From positions 1-58,517 of the forward strand of contig JAZGDE010000048.1 in NCBI GenBank assembly GCA_036477295.1: a DNA stretch of 58,517 bases, written 5' to 3'. Shown here piece after piece: positions 1 through 9,269 of this stretch (the stretch's first letter is position 1; each line of letters begins with the position of its first letter). The notes under the pieces are model-generated. The model worked only from the letters and a program-made list of their open reading frames with translations, was not told the origin of the DNA and ran no database searches. The translations under genes and the position numbers were made by a program. The DNA is from Bacteroidota bacterium. Its GTDB lineage: Bacteria; Bacteroidota; Ignavibacteria; UBA10030; JAZGDE01.

Positions 1-38
1 ATTTGAGATTTGGGATTTGGTTCTTGGTGCTTCCTTTT

Positions 39-1673
39 CTATCGCTTTTCAAAGTCGCGGATGATCTGCTCGAGCTGCTCTTCGGTCAAACCAGTGCCAT
101 AGATAACGTCCTTCTTGACCGGTGAGCGGGTAGGCTCTTCGAGAGGCTTCTCCTCTCTCTGGATCGGGACATTGGTCGGCATGGGCTTCCCGACGGGTGG
201 ATTCCCGGCTTTCATTCGGATTCTCTCATCGATCTCATCGATCCAGGTACGCACTGGCTTCGGGGAGGGAAGGGGAGAGATTTTTGTCGGAGCAGCTTCG
301 CCGAACTTTTCCGGAGGGTTAATGGGGCTGGTTTCGTAGGCGAGGCGCTTGATGTGAATCAAGTGCCGGGCCGTGATGTTGTCCGATATGATCGAGCCGC
401 CCATGGTCCCGGGGCCCAGAGTCATCGAAGGGTCAAGTCCTGTTGTGTAACCGACAGCGCCGAGCGCTGCTTGAGTGTTCACGAGGATACGGTAGGATGG
501 CTTTTCGAGTGCGAATTTCATGATGATGTCCTCGTCCTTCGAATGGATGACGAGCGTATGGCCGAGCCCTCCAAAATTGAGAAGCTCGATGCACCGGTGA
601 CACCCGTCGCGCCATCCGTCCTCCGTGTAAAACGAGAGCACGGGAGAGAGCTTCTCTCGGGAGAGTGGATATTCACGGCCGACAGCAGCCAGCTCTGCAA
701 TTAATACTGTCGTCTCCGCAGGGGCATTGATTCCCGCCTTATTGGCGATGTAGGTTGCGGGCTTGCCGACGATCTCCGGATTGATTTCTCCCCGCGGTCC
801 AAACATCAATCGACCGAGCCTTTCCTTCTCCTCGACGTTGCAGAAATAGGCATTAAGTTTCTTACATTCCTCGACGACTTTTCCTCGGATCGGTGCATCA
901 CAGATGAGGGCTGATTCCGTTGAGCAGAGCGTGCCGTAATCGAAGAGCTTGCCGGAAATGACGTCGGCCACCGCTTTCTTTACGTTCGCTGTCCGTTCGA
1001 TGAAAGCGGGTACATTTCCTGATCCCACGCCATAGGCTGGCTTGCCGGCACTGTAAGCGGTTCTTACCATCGCTGTGCTACCCGTGGCTAGGATAATGTC
1101 GACTTCCTTGTGCTTCATCAGTTCCTGTGTCGCCTGCATAGTCACATTGGTCATGCAGGTGATCAGCCCCTGGGGAGCACCTGCTTTCTCGGCCGCATCG
1201 GCCAGCACGCGGGTTGCCTCCGCGGTGCAGTTAGCCGCGCGTGGGTGCGGGCTCGCTACGACGGCGTTTCGGCCTTTGACAGAAATCAGAATCTTAAACA
1301 TGACCGTGGACGTCGGATTTGTCGATGGGATCAGTGCGCACACGACGCCCATCGGATCCGCGATTTCAACGATCTTTTTCTTTGCGTCGAATCCGACTAC
1401 ACCGACGGTCTTCAGATCCTTGATGGACCCGTGCGTCCATTTTGTGCTGAATTCGTTCTTGGTTTTCTTATCTTCTGGTTTTCCAAAGCCCGTCTCTTCA
1501 TGAGCCATACGGCCGAGCCGTTCAGAAGCTGCGTAGCCAGCATCCGCCATCGCCTTGACGATGCGGTCGACTTTCTCCTGGGAGAAATGCCAGAATTCCA
1601 GCTGGGCAGCCTTGGTGCGCGCGACCAGGTCGCGCATCTCCTGGATAGCGAGGAGGTCTTTATCGATGGCCAT
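39..1673 (-). CDS. CoA-acylating (acetylating) aldehyde dehydrogenase, EutE/PduP/AdhE-N-domain type, with ~90-aa Pro-rich C-terminal tail
   Basis: 544-aa ORF with ALDH motifs IPSTNPTST, catalytic-Cys segment YGTLCSTES and GGLGHTLVIHS. The core ends near aa ~452. A low-complexity linker and two amphipathic helices follow. Confidence 0.85.
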   Translation of the reverse strand: MAIDKDLLAIQEMRDLVARTKAAQLEFWHFSQEKVDRIVKAMADAGYAASERLGRMAHEETGFGKPEDKKTKNEFSTKWTHGSIKDLKTVGVVGFDAKKKIVEIADPMGVVCALIPSTNPTSTVMFKILISVKGRNAVVASPHPRAANCTAEATRVLADAAEKAGAPQGLITCMTNVTMQATQELMKHKEVDIILATGSTAMVRTAYSAGKPAYGVGSGNVPAFIERTANVKKAVADVISGKLFDYGTLCSTESALICDAPIRGKVVEECKKLNAYFCNVEEKERLGRLMFGPRGEINPEIVGKPATYIANKAGINAPAETTVLIAELAAVGREYPLSREKLSPVLSFYTEDGWRDGCHRCIELLNFGGLGHTLVIHSKDEDIIMKFALEKPSYRILVNTQAALGAVGYTTGLDPSMTLGPGTMGGSIISDNITARHLIHIKRLAYETSPINPPEKFGEAAPTKISPLPSPKPVRTWIDEIDERIRMKAGNPPVGKPMPTNVPIQREEKPLEEPTRSPVKKDVIYGTGLTEEQLEQIIRDFEKR

Positions 1674-1812
1674 TAGTGTCTCCGGATTTCCTTGCAGGGA
1701 CGCGCTACGCCACGCCCCTACTATCTCCTTTTGTGCACGCCGACCATCCTTGGTCGGCGTGTGATGGTGCCGAGCAAGATGCTGAGCACCACAGCAACCT
1801 CGAGTGTCAAAA

Positions 1813-2256
1813 TCAGACTAATACGCTATCCTTGGCCCAAACGGCAAGGCCAGTCTTCTCATCGAGCTTCCGGTCGAGTGCTTTGCCTTCCAGTTCCTCG
1901 ATGAAGAGCTCACAGGCAAACACAGTTGTGCCCGGCATCAGATGTCCCCCGAAGGCTTTGCCCTTGTCGTCGCCAAGAACAATGTGTACGTGCACGAACG
2001 GCTTACCATCTTTCAGGCTGACATTGCCGACGCAACTCAGGATTTCCATTTCCTTCTTGCGCTTGATGGTGTGATATTTTTTCCTGCGCTGATCGTAATA
2101 TGCCACCGTAGCATTTTTTACGGCTCCGATTGCCGTCACCTTGCCCACCTTGATGTCTTCATCCTGACAGAATTTCCTGATGCTCTCGTAAAGGTCAGCG
2201 CCGATCGGAAGTCGGCCCAAGAATGTACACTTCGATCTGTACGGATTGAGAGCCAT
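1813..2256 (-). CDS. PPC (DUF296) domain protein
   Basis: 147-aa ORF with PPC/DUF296-like segments (VTAIGAVKNATVAYYD, PFVHVHIVLGD, AFGGHL). Confidence 0.6.
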   Translation of the reverse strand: MALNPYRSKCTFLGRLPIGADLYESIRKFCQDEDIKVGKVTAIGAVKNATVAYYDQRRKKYHTIKRKKEMEILSCVGNVSLKDGKPFVHVHIVLGDDKGKAFGGHLMPGTTVFACELFIEELEGKALDRKLDEKTGLAVWAKDSVLV

Positions 2257-2330
2257 AGATTGTTCTTTTCCTCCCCTTCGACGGGATGGGCAGCCGACGA
2301 CAGATCGCGAACTCTCTTACAGTCGCGAAC

Positions 2331-3374
2331 TCAAAGAAGTCGTTCCTGGCCGGCGACTGATTTCCTCTTCAGACCGAAGTGCCGATAGGCGAGTTCTGTT
2401 GCTAGGCGGCCTCGAGGTGTGCGGTTCAGGAAGCCCTCTTGGATTAGGTACGGCTCGTAGACTTCCTCGATCGTACCAGATTCTTCGCCAACGGCAACGG
2501 CGAGTGTTGCGATGCCGACGGGCCCGCCGGCATATTTCTCGATGATGGCAAGCAGAATGCGTTTGTCCATATCATCGAGGCCATGTTCATCCACTTCGAG
2601 TGCCGTCAAGGCATACTCCGAGACCTCTCGGTTAATGACACCCGCGTGCCGAGCTAAATTTTTGTCCGCCTGGGCGAAATCGCGGCAGCGCTTGAGAAGC
2701 CGATTGGCAACGCGGGGCGTCCCTCGCGATCGTTTCGCGATCTCTTCGACCGCATCCTCCTTGCACGTGATCTCGAGAATCGACGCTGATCGCCGTATGA
2801 TGTTCGCCAGTTGATCAATCTTGTAATAATCGAGTCGGCTGGATATCCCAAACCGGGACCGTAGGGGTGAACTGAGCAGTCCAGCTCGAGTCGTAGCCCC
2901 AACGAGTGTGAAAGGTTTCAGTCCGAGCGCAATGGTCTTTGCACCGGGTCCGCTGTCGATGATGATGTCGACGTGGAATTCTTCCATCGCCGAGTACAAG
3001 TACTCCTCGATTTTCACCGGCACTCGATGGATCTCATCGATGAACAGGATCTCATGTGTTTCGAGCGACGTGAGAATTCCGGCTAGGTCTCCCGGCTTCT
3101 CGAGTGCAGGACCCGAAGTCACTTTGATGCCGTAACCCATTTCGTTAGCGAGAATGTAAGCAAGCGTCGTTTTGCCTAACCCAGATGGCCCGGTCAAGAG
3201 AACATGGTCAAGTGATTCGTCTCGCTTCTTGGCCGCTGCAAGGAACACCTTAAGGTTTTCAACGGTCTTTTCCTGACCGACGAATTCCTCGAAGCGAAGT
3301 GGACGGAGGGTCTGGTCGAGTTCTATTTCATTTTCCAGACGTTCGGGAGAGGCGTAGTGAGATTTTTGTGCCAT
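2331..3374 (-). CDS. ruvB: Holliday junction branch migration DNA helicase RuvB
   Basis: Walker A GPSGLGKTT and LFIDEIHR, with full-length RuvB-like sequence. Start moved to the internal Met (MAQKSHY...). The ORF extends to 3425. Confidence 0.95.
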   Translation of the reverse strand: MAQKSHYASPERLENEIELDQTLRPLRFEEFVGQEKTVENLKVFLAAAKKRDESLDHVLLTGPSGLGKTTLAYILANEMGYGIKVTSGPALEKPGDLAGILTSLETHEILFIDEIHRVPVKIEEYLYSAMEEFHVDIIIDSGPGAKTIALGLKPFTLVGATTRAGLLSSPLRSRFGISSRLDYYKIDQLANIIRRSASILEITCKEDAVEEIAKRSRGTPRVANRLLKRCRDFAQADKNLARHAGVINREVSEYALTALEVDEHGLDDMDKRILLAIIEKYAGGPVGIATLAVAVGEESGTIEEVYEPYLIQEGFLNRTPRGRLATELAYRHFGLKRKSVAGQERLL

Positions 3375-3477
3375 AGCGGGAAAACTTTTGCTGAATTTAC
3401 TCACGCATGCTGAGAATTGCAACACTCACGAACCTCCCGGAGGTTGAAGTGTTCACCATTGTGAACCTTCGGGAGGT

Positions 3478-4077
3478 CTATAATTTCCCCGTGTGCCGCA
3501 GTGCGCGCTTGATAAGCTCTTCCAGGGTAAGTTCGATTTCGTCCGCTTCTTTCAGCACAAGCCGGATGGCCTTCTCCGCGACTGCTCGCGTGTAGCCAAG
3601 CGACGAAAGAGCAGACAGGGCCTCCGCACGAGCCGATGATAGCATCTCTCCAGGCAAGGCAGCAGCGGTGCTCAGAACCTCGAGCTTATCGCGCAGTTCC
3701 ACGTTGAGCCGCTCTGCCGTTCTTCTTCCTACACCGGAGATTGAAGTCAAAGCCTCCAGTTTTCCGTTGGCAATACAACTTTTCAGCTCCAGCACAGTCA
3801 TTCCAGAGAGAATCCCCTGAGCCATCTTCGGTCCGACCCCCGACACGGAGATGAGCAGCCGAAACATCTTACGTTCATCCGCAGACGCGAACCCATAGAG
3901 CACGATCGCGTCCTCACGGAGATGCAGGTGGGTAAGAACTTTGGCTTTGGACCCAGGGTCGCCCAGCTGCTCGTACGTAGAGAGAGGTATGTGGAGTGTG
4001 TATCCGACGCCGTTCACGCTCAAGACGATTTCTGTCGGATTCTTTTCGACGAGCAGACCTTCAAGGTATGAAATCAT
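3478..4077 (-). CDS. ruvA: Holliday junction DNA-binding protein RuvA
   Basis: 199-aa ORF with the typical N-terminus MISYLEGLL...VNGVGY and HhH region ISVSGVGPK / ISGVGRRTAERL. It sits between ruvC and ruvB. Confidence 0.9.
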   Translation of the reverse strand: MISYLEGLLVEKNPTEIVLSVNGVGYTLHIPLSTYEQLGDPGSKAKVLTHLHLREDAIVLYGFASADERKMFRLLISVSGVGPKMAQGILSGMTVLELKSCIANGKLEALTSISGVGRRTAERLNVELRDKLEVLSTAAALPGEMLSSARAEALSALSSLGYTRAVAEKAIRLVLKEADEIELTLEELIKRALRHTGKL

Positions 4078-4112
4078 GGTCTCCGACGCAGTTCAATAGT
4101 GGGTTGCTCCCC

Positions 4113-4748
4113 CTACAATCCTCTACGAGGTCGTAGACTCGTAGGTCGATGACTCGGCTTGTGGAGAAGGCCATGCGCCGAATCCTTGGGCGTTTGTTTG
4201 CGACCGCCGAGAGGCTGCACCACCCGGTCAGGATGGGCCGAGAGATACAATTTCCAGCTCTTCGAAGACGACTTTACACCTGCGATTCGGTGAAGGTGGC
4301 AAAGGGCAACGGCCAGTGCGTCGGTCGAATCGTAGAATTTTGGGGACTCTTTCATCCGGAGGAGATTCTTCACCATGAACTGGACCTGGTCTTTCGACGC
4401 TGCCCCATTTCCGACAACGGACTTCTTGACCTCGCGGGGTGAGTATTCTGCGGCGGGTATATTGGCGTTCACGGCCGCTAGGAGAGAGACTCCGCGTGCA
4501 TGTCCAAGCTTCATGGCGGATTGTGCGTTCTTCCCGTAGAACGCGGTCTCGATGGCGAACTCATCGGGGCGGTACTTCTTGATGATCCGGCGCAGCCGCG
4601 AGTAGATTAGCTTCAGGCGAGCCGGGAGTCGATTCTCGCTTCCATTCCGGATGGCGCCGTATTCCAGCAGGCGGGTCCGGCTGCCAACCTTCTCCACGAC
4701 CCCGTAGCCGGTGATGAGTGTTCCCGGGTCAACGCCGAGGATGATCAT
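4113..4748 (-). CDS. ruvC: crossover junction endodeoxyribonuclease RuvC (with ~50-aa basic C-terminal tail)
   Basis: Catalytic N-terminus MIILGVDPGT plus FAIETAFYGKN and STDALAVALCH. Start set at the internal Met. The ORF extends to 4790. Confidence 0.9.
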   Translation of the reverse strand: MIILGVDPGTLITGYGVVEKVGSRTRLLEYGAIRNGSENRLPARLKLIYSRLRRIIKKYRPDEFAIETAFYGKNAQSAMKLGHARGVSLLAAVNANIPAAEYSPREVKKSVVGNGAASKDQVQFMVKNLLRMKESPKFYDSTDALAVALCHLHRIAGVKSSSKSWKLYLSAHPDRVVQPLGGRKQTPKDSAHGLLHKPSHRPTSLRPRRGL

Positions 4749-4791
4749 AGTATCGTGACGATGATGCAGAGAAAAGTTCCGAGTGTGCATG

Positions 4792-5541
4792 CTAACTGCT
4801 GAGCGATGCCATCACCTTTTCGTCGATGTCGAAGTTCGAATACACGTGCTGCACGTCATCGTGCTCCTCCAGTGCTTCCATAAGCTTGAGCACGTGCTCA
4901 GCTTCTTTCCCCTCGACGCGAACGGTTGTTTGAGGAACCATCTGCAGCTCCGCACTTTCGACCTTGATGTTGTTTTCCTCCAGCGCTTTTCTTACGTGCT
5001 CGAAGGTCTCCGCCAAGGTCGTGATTTCGAAAAATTCTTCTTCTGACTTCAGATCCTCTGCGCCCGCTTCGAGTACGATCGTCAGAATTCTGTCCTCATC
5101 AAATCCAACTTTTGGAACGGTGAGAACCCCTCGCTTGTGAAAGGTCCACGCAACCGAACCCAATTCCCCCATCTTGCCCCCGTGCCGTTCAAACACGCGA
5201 CGGATCTCTGACACCGTCCGATTCTTGTTGTCCGTGACGGCTTCGATCAGCACGGCAATTCCAGCTGGTCCGTAACCCTCGTAGATGGCCTCCTCGTATG
5301 AAGTGCCCGGAAGTTCTCCCGTGCCGCGTTGGATTGCCCGCTTGATGTTCTCAGCGGGCATATTGTTGGCTTTCGCAGTGCTGATGGCGACTCGGAGGCG
5401 CGGGTTGCCTTCAGGGTCGCCGCCGCCGTCGCGTGCGGCGAGGGTTATTTCCTTGATCAGTTTCGTGAAGCGCCGGCCCCGAGCAGTATCGGCAGCGGAC
5501 TTCCTGCGCTTGATCGTAGCCCATTTGGAATGACCTGACAT
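4792..5541 (-). CDS. YebC/PmpR family DNA-binding transcriptional regulator
   Basis: Begins with the canonical MSGHSKWATIKRRK. Classic position next to ruvC. Confidence 0.9.
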   Translation of the reverse strand: MSGHSKWATIKRRKSAADTARGRRFTKLIKEITLAARDGGGDPEGNPRLRVAISTAKANNMPAENIKRAIQRGTGELPGTSYEEAIYEGYGPAGIAVLIEAVTDNKNRTVSEIRRVFERHGGKMGELGSVAWTFHKRGVLTVPKVGFDEDRILTIVLEAGAEDLKSEEEFFEITTLAETFEHVRKALEENNIKVESAELQMVPQTTVRVEGKEAEHVLKLMEALEEHDDVQHVYSNFDIDEKVMASLSS

Positions 5542-5661
5542 GACAACCTCTTGTTCTTCGGTCTCCTCAACACCACGCCTTCTGGAACACTCAAACGACA
5601 CAGGAACGGGGACGCACTCCGCGAAAGATGATACTGCACCAAAAGTAACTACTTTGCAGCA

Positions 5662-7443
5662 TTATTTCAAATCTTTGATCTTCAGCTGGGGCACTGTTTC
5701 CCTTTCTTTTCCGCGGACGGAGGGGTTGCCCGGGGGACTGCGCCATTCACTCTTGCCGATCGAAAAAACGATGTCGAGGTTCTTTCGTCCTGGCTCGATG
5801 CGGTCGATGAGATGGCCGAGGTTGAATCCGATCGCGTCGAAGGTGAGGGCGCCCTCCCGCACCTTGAATCGGAGATGGTCCTTTCCGACGGTACGCGCTT
5901 TGCCCGCGACTTCCACGTTATGCGTCAGGAAGACCGGACGCGGGTTCTTTGGACCGAAGGGGGCAAATTGATTGAGTATCCGGATGAAGCGGGGTGTCAG
6001 TTCTCGAAGCCTCAGCTGCGCATCAATTTTGATTTTCGGACTGCGCTGATCCTGAGTAAGCAGTTCTCGGACGACCACATTGAAGGCTTCCCGAAATTCA
6101 TCGACGCGATTGAGTGCCACTGCCAGACCCGCCGCGTATTTGTGGCCTCCGAATTGAATCATCTTGTCTTCACAGCGCTTCAGAGCTTGATAGATATTGA
6201 AACCGTCCACGCTGCGTGCCGATCCCTTGGCGACGCCGTCCACCGTCGTCATCATGATCGTGGGGCGATAGTACTTTTCGACGAGCCGGGAAGCGACGAT
6301 GCCGATCACCCCCGGATGCCAATGTTCGTGATGAAGGACAATCGCCCCGGTGAAGCCGGGGCTCTCCGTATCCAAATAGTTCTCCACAAGCTCCTGAGCT
6401 TTCCGGAAGGTGTCCTCATCGATTTTGCGGCGGTTCCGGTTTTCCTCCTCGAGTACGTGTGCAACAGTCGCTGCCTCCGCATCGTTCGCGCACGTCAGCA
6501 AATCGACAGCGCGCATGGCATCCCCCAGTCGACCGACGGCGTTTATCCGTGGAGCGAGGAAAAAGACGATCTGCCCCGTCGTGCTCGTGCCCGGCTTCAA
6601 TCCGGCGCTTTCAATCAGAGCTTTGATGCCAGGACGGGGATTGTCATTGATCAATTCAAGACCGAGTTTCGCGAGCGTTCGGTTTTCATCGGTGAGTGGT
6701 ACAATGTCCGCGCTGGTGGCAAGGGACACGAAGTCGAGATATTGCTCCGGTGATGGAAGGTCACTCACTTTCTTGCAAATACCCTGGATGAGTTTGAAGG
6801 CAATAGCACAGCCGCAGAGACCCTTGAAGGGGTACGGACAGCCAGGCTTCAACGGGTCGAGGACAGCGTGGGCGGAAGGCATCCTGTCGGTTGGCTCGTG
6901 GTGGTCACAAATGATCACATCAAACCCAAGGCTCGCTGCGTACTCCACCTGATCGATGGCGGTGATGCCGCAGTCCACTGCGATTAACAGCGTAGCGCCG
7001 AATTCCTTCCCACGATCAATGCCTGTTCTTGAGAGGCCGTAGCCTTCTTTGATGCGATCCGGTATATGAAGCAAAAGGTCGAGGTCCAAGCTCTTCAAGA
7101 AGAGGTAGAGCATTGCAGAGCCATTGGTCCCGTCGACGTCATAGTCACCGAAGACCAAGATCTTTTCTCGAAGTTCACGCGCTCGGAGCACGCGCGAAAC
7201 TGCTCGGTCCATTCCGTCCATCAAGAAGGGATCGTGGAGGAGGCCGAGGGTAGGTCGGAAGTAGGCCTTCGCCTTCTCGAACGTGTCAATCCCCCGATTG
7301 ACTAGGATCGTCGCAATCGTTTGTGGTACGTTAATTTCTTCTACCAAGCGTCGTACGGCTTCAGGCTCGGCAGGTGGATCCATATTCCATCGGTATTCCA
7401 CAATCGACTCCGTATGCCTCCCGATGTTCTTACGAGCAAGCAT
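5662..7443 (-). CDS. recJ: single-stranded-DNA-specific exonuclease RecJ
   Basis: DHH-family motifs GDYDVDGT, AVDCGI and ICDHHEP, plus DHHA1 GGHKYAAG. Start placed at Met30 of the ORF (7443), because 7468-7530 belongs to the RNase P RNA. Confidence 0.9.
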   Translation of the reverse strand: MLARKNIGRHTESIVEYRWNMDPPAEPEAVRRLVEEINVPQTIATILVNRGIDTFEKAKAYFRPTLGLLHDPFLMDGMDRAVSRVLRARELREKILVFGDYDVDGTNGSAMLYLFLKSLDLDLLLHIPDRIKEGYGLSRTGIDRGKEFGATLLIAVDCGITAIDQVEYAASLGFDVIICDHHEPTDRMPSAHAVLDPLKPGCPYPFKGLCGCAIAFKLIQGICKKVSDLPSPEQYLDFVSLATSADIVPLTDENRTLAKLGLELINDNPRPGIKALIESAGLKPGTSTTGQIVFFLAPRINAVGRLGDAMRAVDLLTCANDAEAATVAHVLEEENRNRRKIDEDTFRKAQELVENYLDTESPGFTGAIVLHHEHWHPGVIGIVASRLVEKYYRPTIMMTTVDGVAKGSARSVDGFNIYQALKRCEDKMIQFGGHKYAAGLAVALNRVDEFREAFNVVVRELLTQDQRSPKIKIDAQLRLRELTPRFIRILNQFAPFGPKNPRPVFLTHNVEVAGKARTVGKDHLRFKVREGALTFDAIGFNLGHLIDRIEPGRKNLDIVFSIGKSEWRSPPGNPSVRGKERETVPQLKIKDLK

Positions 7444-7467
7444 CGAGAGCGGCTCACCGGGAAAAAC

Positions 7468-7922
7468 AAAACATCCGGAGTAAGTCGATAAGCCGAATTC
7501 TGTCTGTTCCGCCACAGGCGGAAGAGGCAATCATTTCTCTTGTCCCGATCTTGCGATCGGGATCAAGCGACCTACCCGAGGATCTACCGAAGCGGGCCAC
7601 TTCGTCCCGACAAAGTCGGGATGTCCTCCTATGTGGTCTTGCTCCCAGTAGGGTTTGCCGTGCATCACGCATTACTGCGTGACCGGTGGTCTCTTACACC
7701 ACCTTTTCACCTTGACCCATCAACGATGGGCCTGCCCCGAATGCTTCGGCGCTTGTACCCACCGTCGACGTCGGCTGTGTGTTTTCTGTGGCACTGTCCG
7801 TTCCCGCCGGTTATCGCCAACGGGACCCTCGCTTTCGCGGGGTACTGAGCCCTGCGGAGTTCGGACTTTCCTCCCCCCGATCAAAGACCGGGAGGCGATT
7901 GCCTGACTTACCCCGGATGTTC
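7468..7922 (-). ncRNA. rnpB: RNase P RNA, bacterial type A
   Basis: The minus strand reads GGGAGGAAAGUCCGAACUC (P4 5' side), CAGUGCCACAGAAAAC, GGUGAAAAGGUGGUGUAAGAGACCACC, CGGCAAACCC, GAGCAAGACCA and ACAGACAGAAUUCGGCUUAU (P4 3' side). P1 pairs AACAUCCGGGGUAAGUC with GACUUACUCCGGAUGUU and is followed by a U-rich run. Ends are good to +/- a few nt. Confidence 0.88.
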
Positions 7923-8004
7923 TGTAACGTGGATGCGGTACTGTCCCAAAGCTCTACGACTCTGCGAGTCGATAGCCTCGTAGAGCATGTCCTTGCCATT
8001 CGAC

Positions 8005-8520
8005 TTACACTCCGAGTTTGATTCTCGTGTTGATCCCGTAGTTTGCCAGCATGTCGGCATCCTGATTCTGCTCTCGCGCAACGAGGTGAATCTCGACCTT
8101 GATGGGTAGCGAGTGGATTAACCGGGCGGCTCTTCGAAACAATTTTTTCAACCGCTCATCCTTGACCTTATAGGACCCTCTCAACTGGTTCACGAGTAAC
8201 TCACTATCGGAGTACACAATGACTTTCTCAATCTTTGATTCCGCGTGCTCCCGCCCGCCCAAGCCCTGCCCGACGGCCCGGCGGGGTTGCGGGCGCGTCT
8301 GGTCCATGAGAACCGATTTGATTTTCTTGAGGCACGCGAGCAGAGCGTTGTACTCCGCCTCGTTGTTCGTGCCCTTGCCGAGGTAGCCGCCTCCGGAGAA
8401 CACCGTGTTGCCCTTGGCGTCACGGAGGATGATCCCGATTCCGCTCTCTCCCGGGTTCCCGCGAGACGCACCGTCGATGTGCGCATAGAGAATCTGTGCT
8501 GGTCGCTGAGCCTTCGTCAT
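8005..8520 (-). CDS. RNase HI family protein (with ~25-aa internal insertion)
   Basis: DGASRGNPG, NNEAEYNALL, YSDSELLVNQ and QNQDADMLAN are RNase H type-1 catalytic motifs. ATGA overlap with the upstream gene. Confidence 0.8.
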   Translation of the reverse strand: MTKAQRPAQILYAHIDGASRGNPGESGIGIILRDAKGNTVFSGGGYLGKGTNNEAEYNALLACLKKIKSVLMDQTRPQPRRAVGQGLGGREHAESKIEKVIVYSDSELLVNQLRGSYKVKDERLKKLFRRAARLIHSLPIKVEIHLVAREQNQDADMLANYGINTRIKLGV

Positions 8521-9227
8521 ACGAGATTCGCGCTCGTCTGGACGATCTCATCAGAGACGAGGATACGGGCGCAGTGTTCGCATGTAAAAATCCTGTTGTT
8601 CTTCCGCAACTCGAGGATCCGCTGAGCGGGCACAAAATTGAAACAACCCCCACAGGCGTTCCGTTTTACCGCCACGACCGCCGTGCCGTCTTTCGCCTTG
8701 CGGATTCGTTCGTACATGATCAGGTCTTTCCTCTCCAGCCGGGACACGAGTTTCTCCCGCTCATGGTTAAGCTGAAGTTCTTCTTCTTCGCTGGCCTTGG
8801 AGACTTCATCGAGTTCATGCTGCCGTTCTCGGACCGCTTTTTTTGTTTCTTCCAACGTTCCCTGGAGGGCTTCCATTTTTTCTTTGCTGAGGCGGGACTT
8901 ATCGGCCAGAGAGTCCATTTCTCTTTCCAACTTGGCGATGGTCGCCTCTGCTGTGTCGATTTCCTTCGTGAGCGCGTCGTACTGTTTGTTTGTGCGCACC
9001 TGAAACTGTTGCGCTTTGTAACGCTCACTCTTCTCTCGAATCGCCGCTACGTCAACATCGTACTTGTCGCGCTCAATCCTCGACGATTTGATCGTGTCTT
9101 GCTGCTCTTTGACTTGAGATTCAAGTCCTGCTATTTTTTCTTGCAGGTCCTTGACGGCAGAGGGCAAGTCGCCCTTGAGTTTCTCCAGTTCATCGAGTTT
9201 CAGGTCAACCTGCTGCAGCGCGTACAA
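8517..9227 (-). CDS. coiled-coil C4 zinc-ribbon protein (DUF164/COG1579-like)
   Basis: Long heptad-like Glu/Lys-rich region, then CGGC...N17...CEHC near the C-terminus. Confidence 0.7.
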   Translation of the reverse strand: MYALQQVDLKLDELEKLKGDLPSAVKDLQEKIAGLESQVKEQQDTIKSSRIERDKYDVDVAAIREKSERYKAQQFQVRTNKQYDALTKEIDTAEATIAKLEREMDSLADKSRLSKEKMEALQGTLEETKKAVRERQHELDEVSKASEEEELQLNHEREKLVSRLERKDLIMYERIRKAKDGTAVVAVKRNACGGCFNFVPAQRILELRKNNRIFTCEHCARILVSDEIVQTSANLV

Positions 9228-9269
9228 TCTGCGTAGTTGGTTCTCCAGATTCTCCTCCTTGCTTATCTC

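Noticed and set aside
5812-6753. 313-aa plus-strand ORF
   Set aside because: It is antisense to recJ, whose DHH/DHHA1 motifs are on the minus strand.
7444-7906. N-terminal 29 codons of the recJ ORF and several 60-102-aa ORFs on both strands
   Set aside because: They overlap the RNase P RNA. The RNA motifs explain the sequence, so these ORFs are artefacts.
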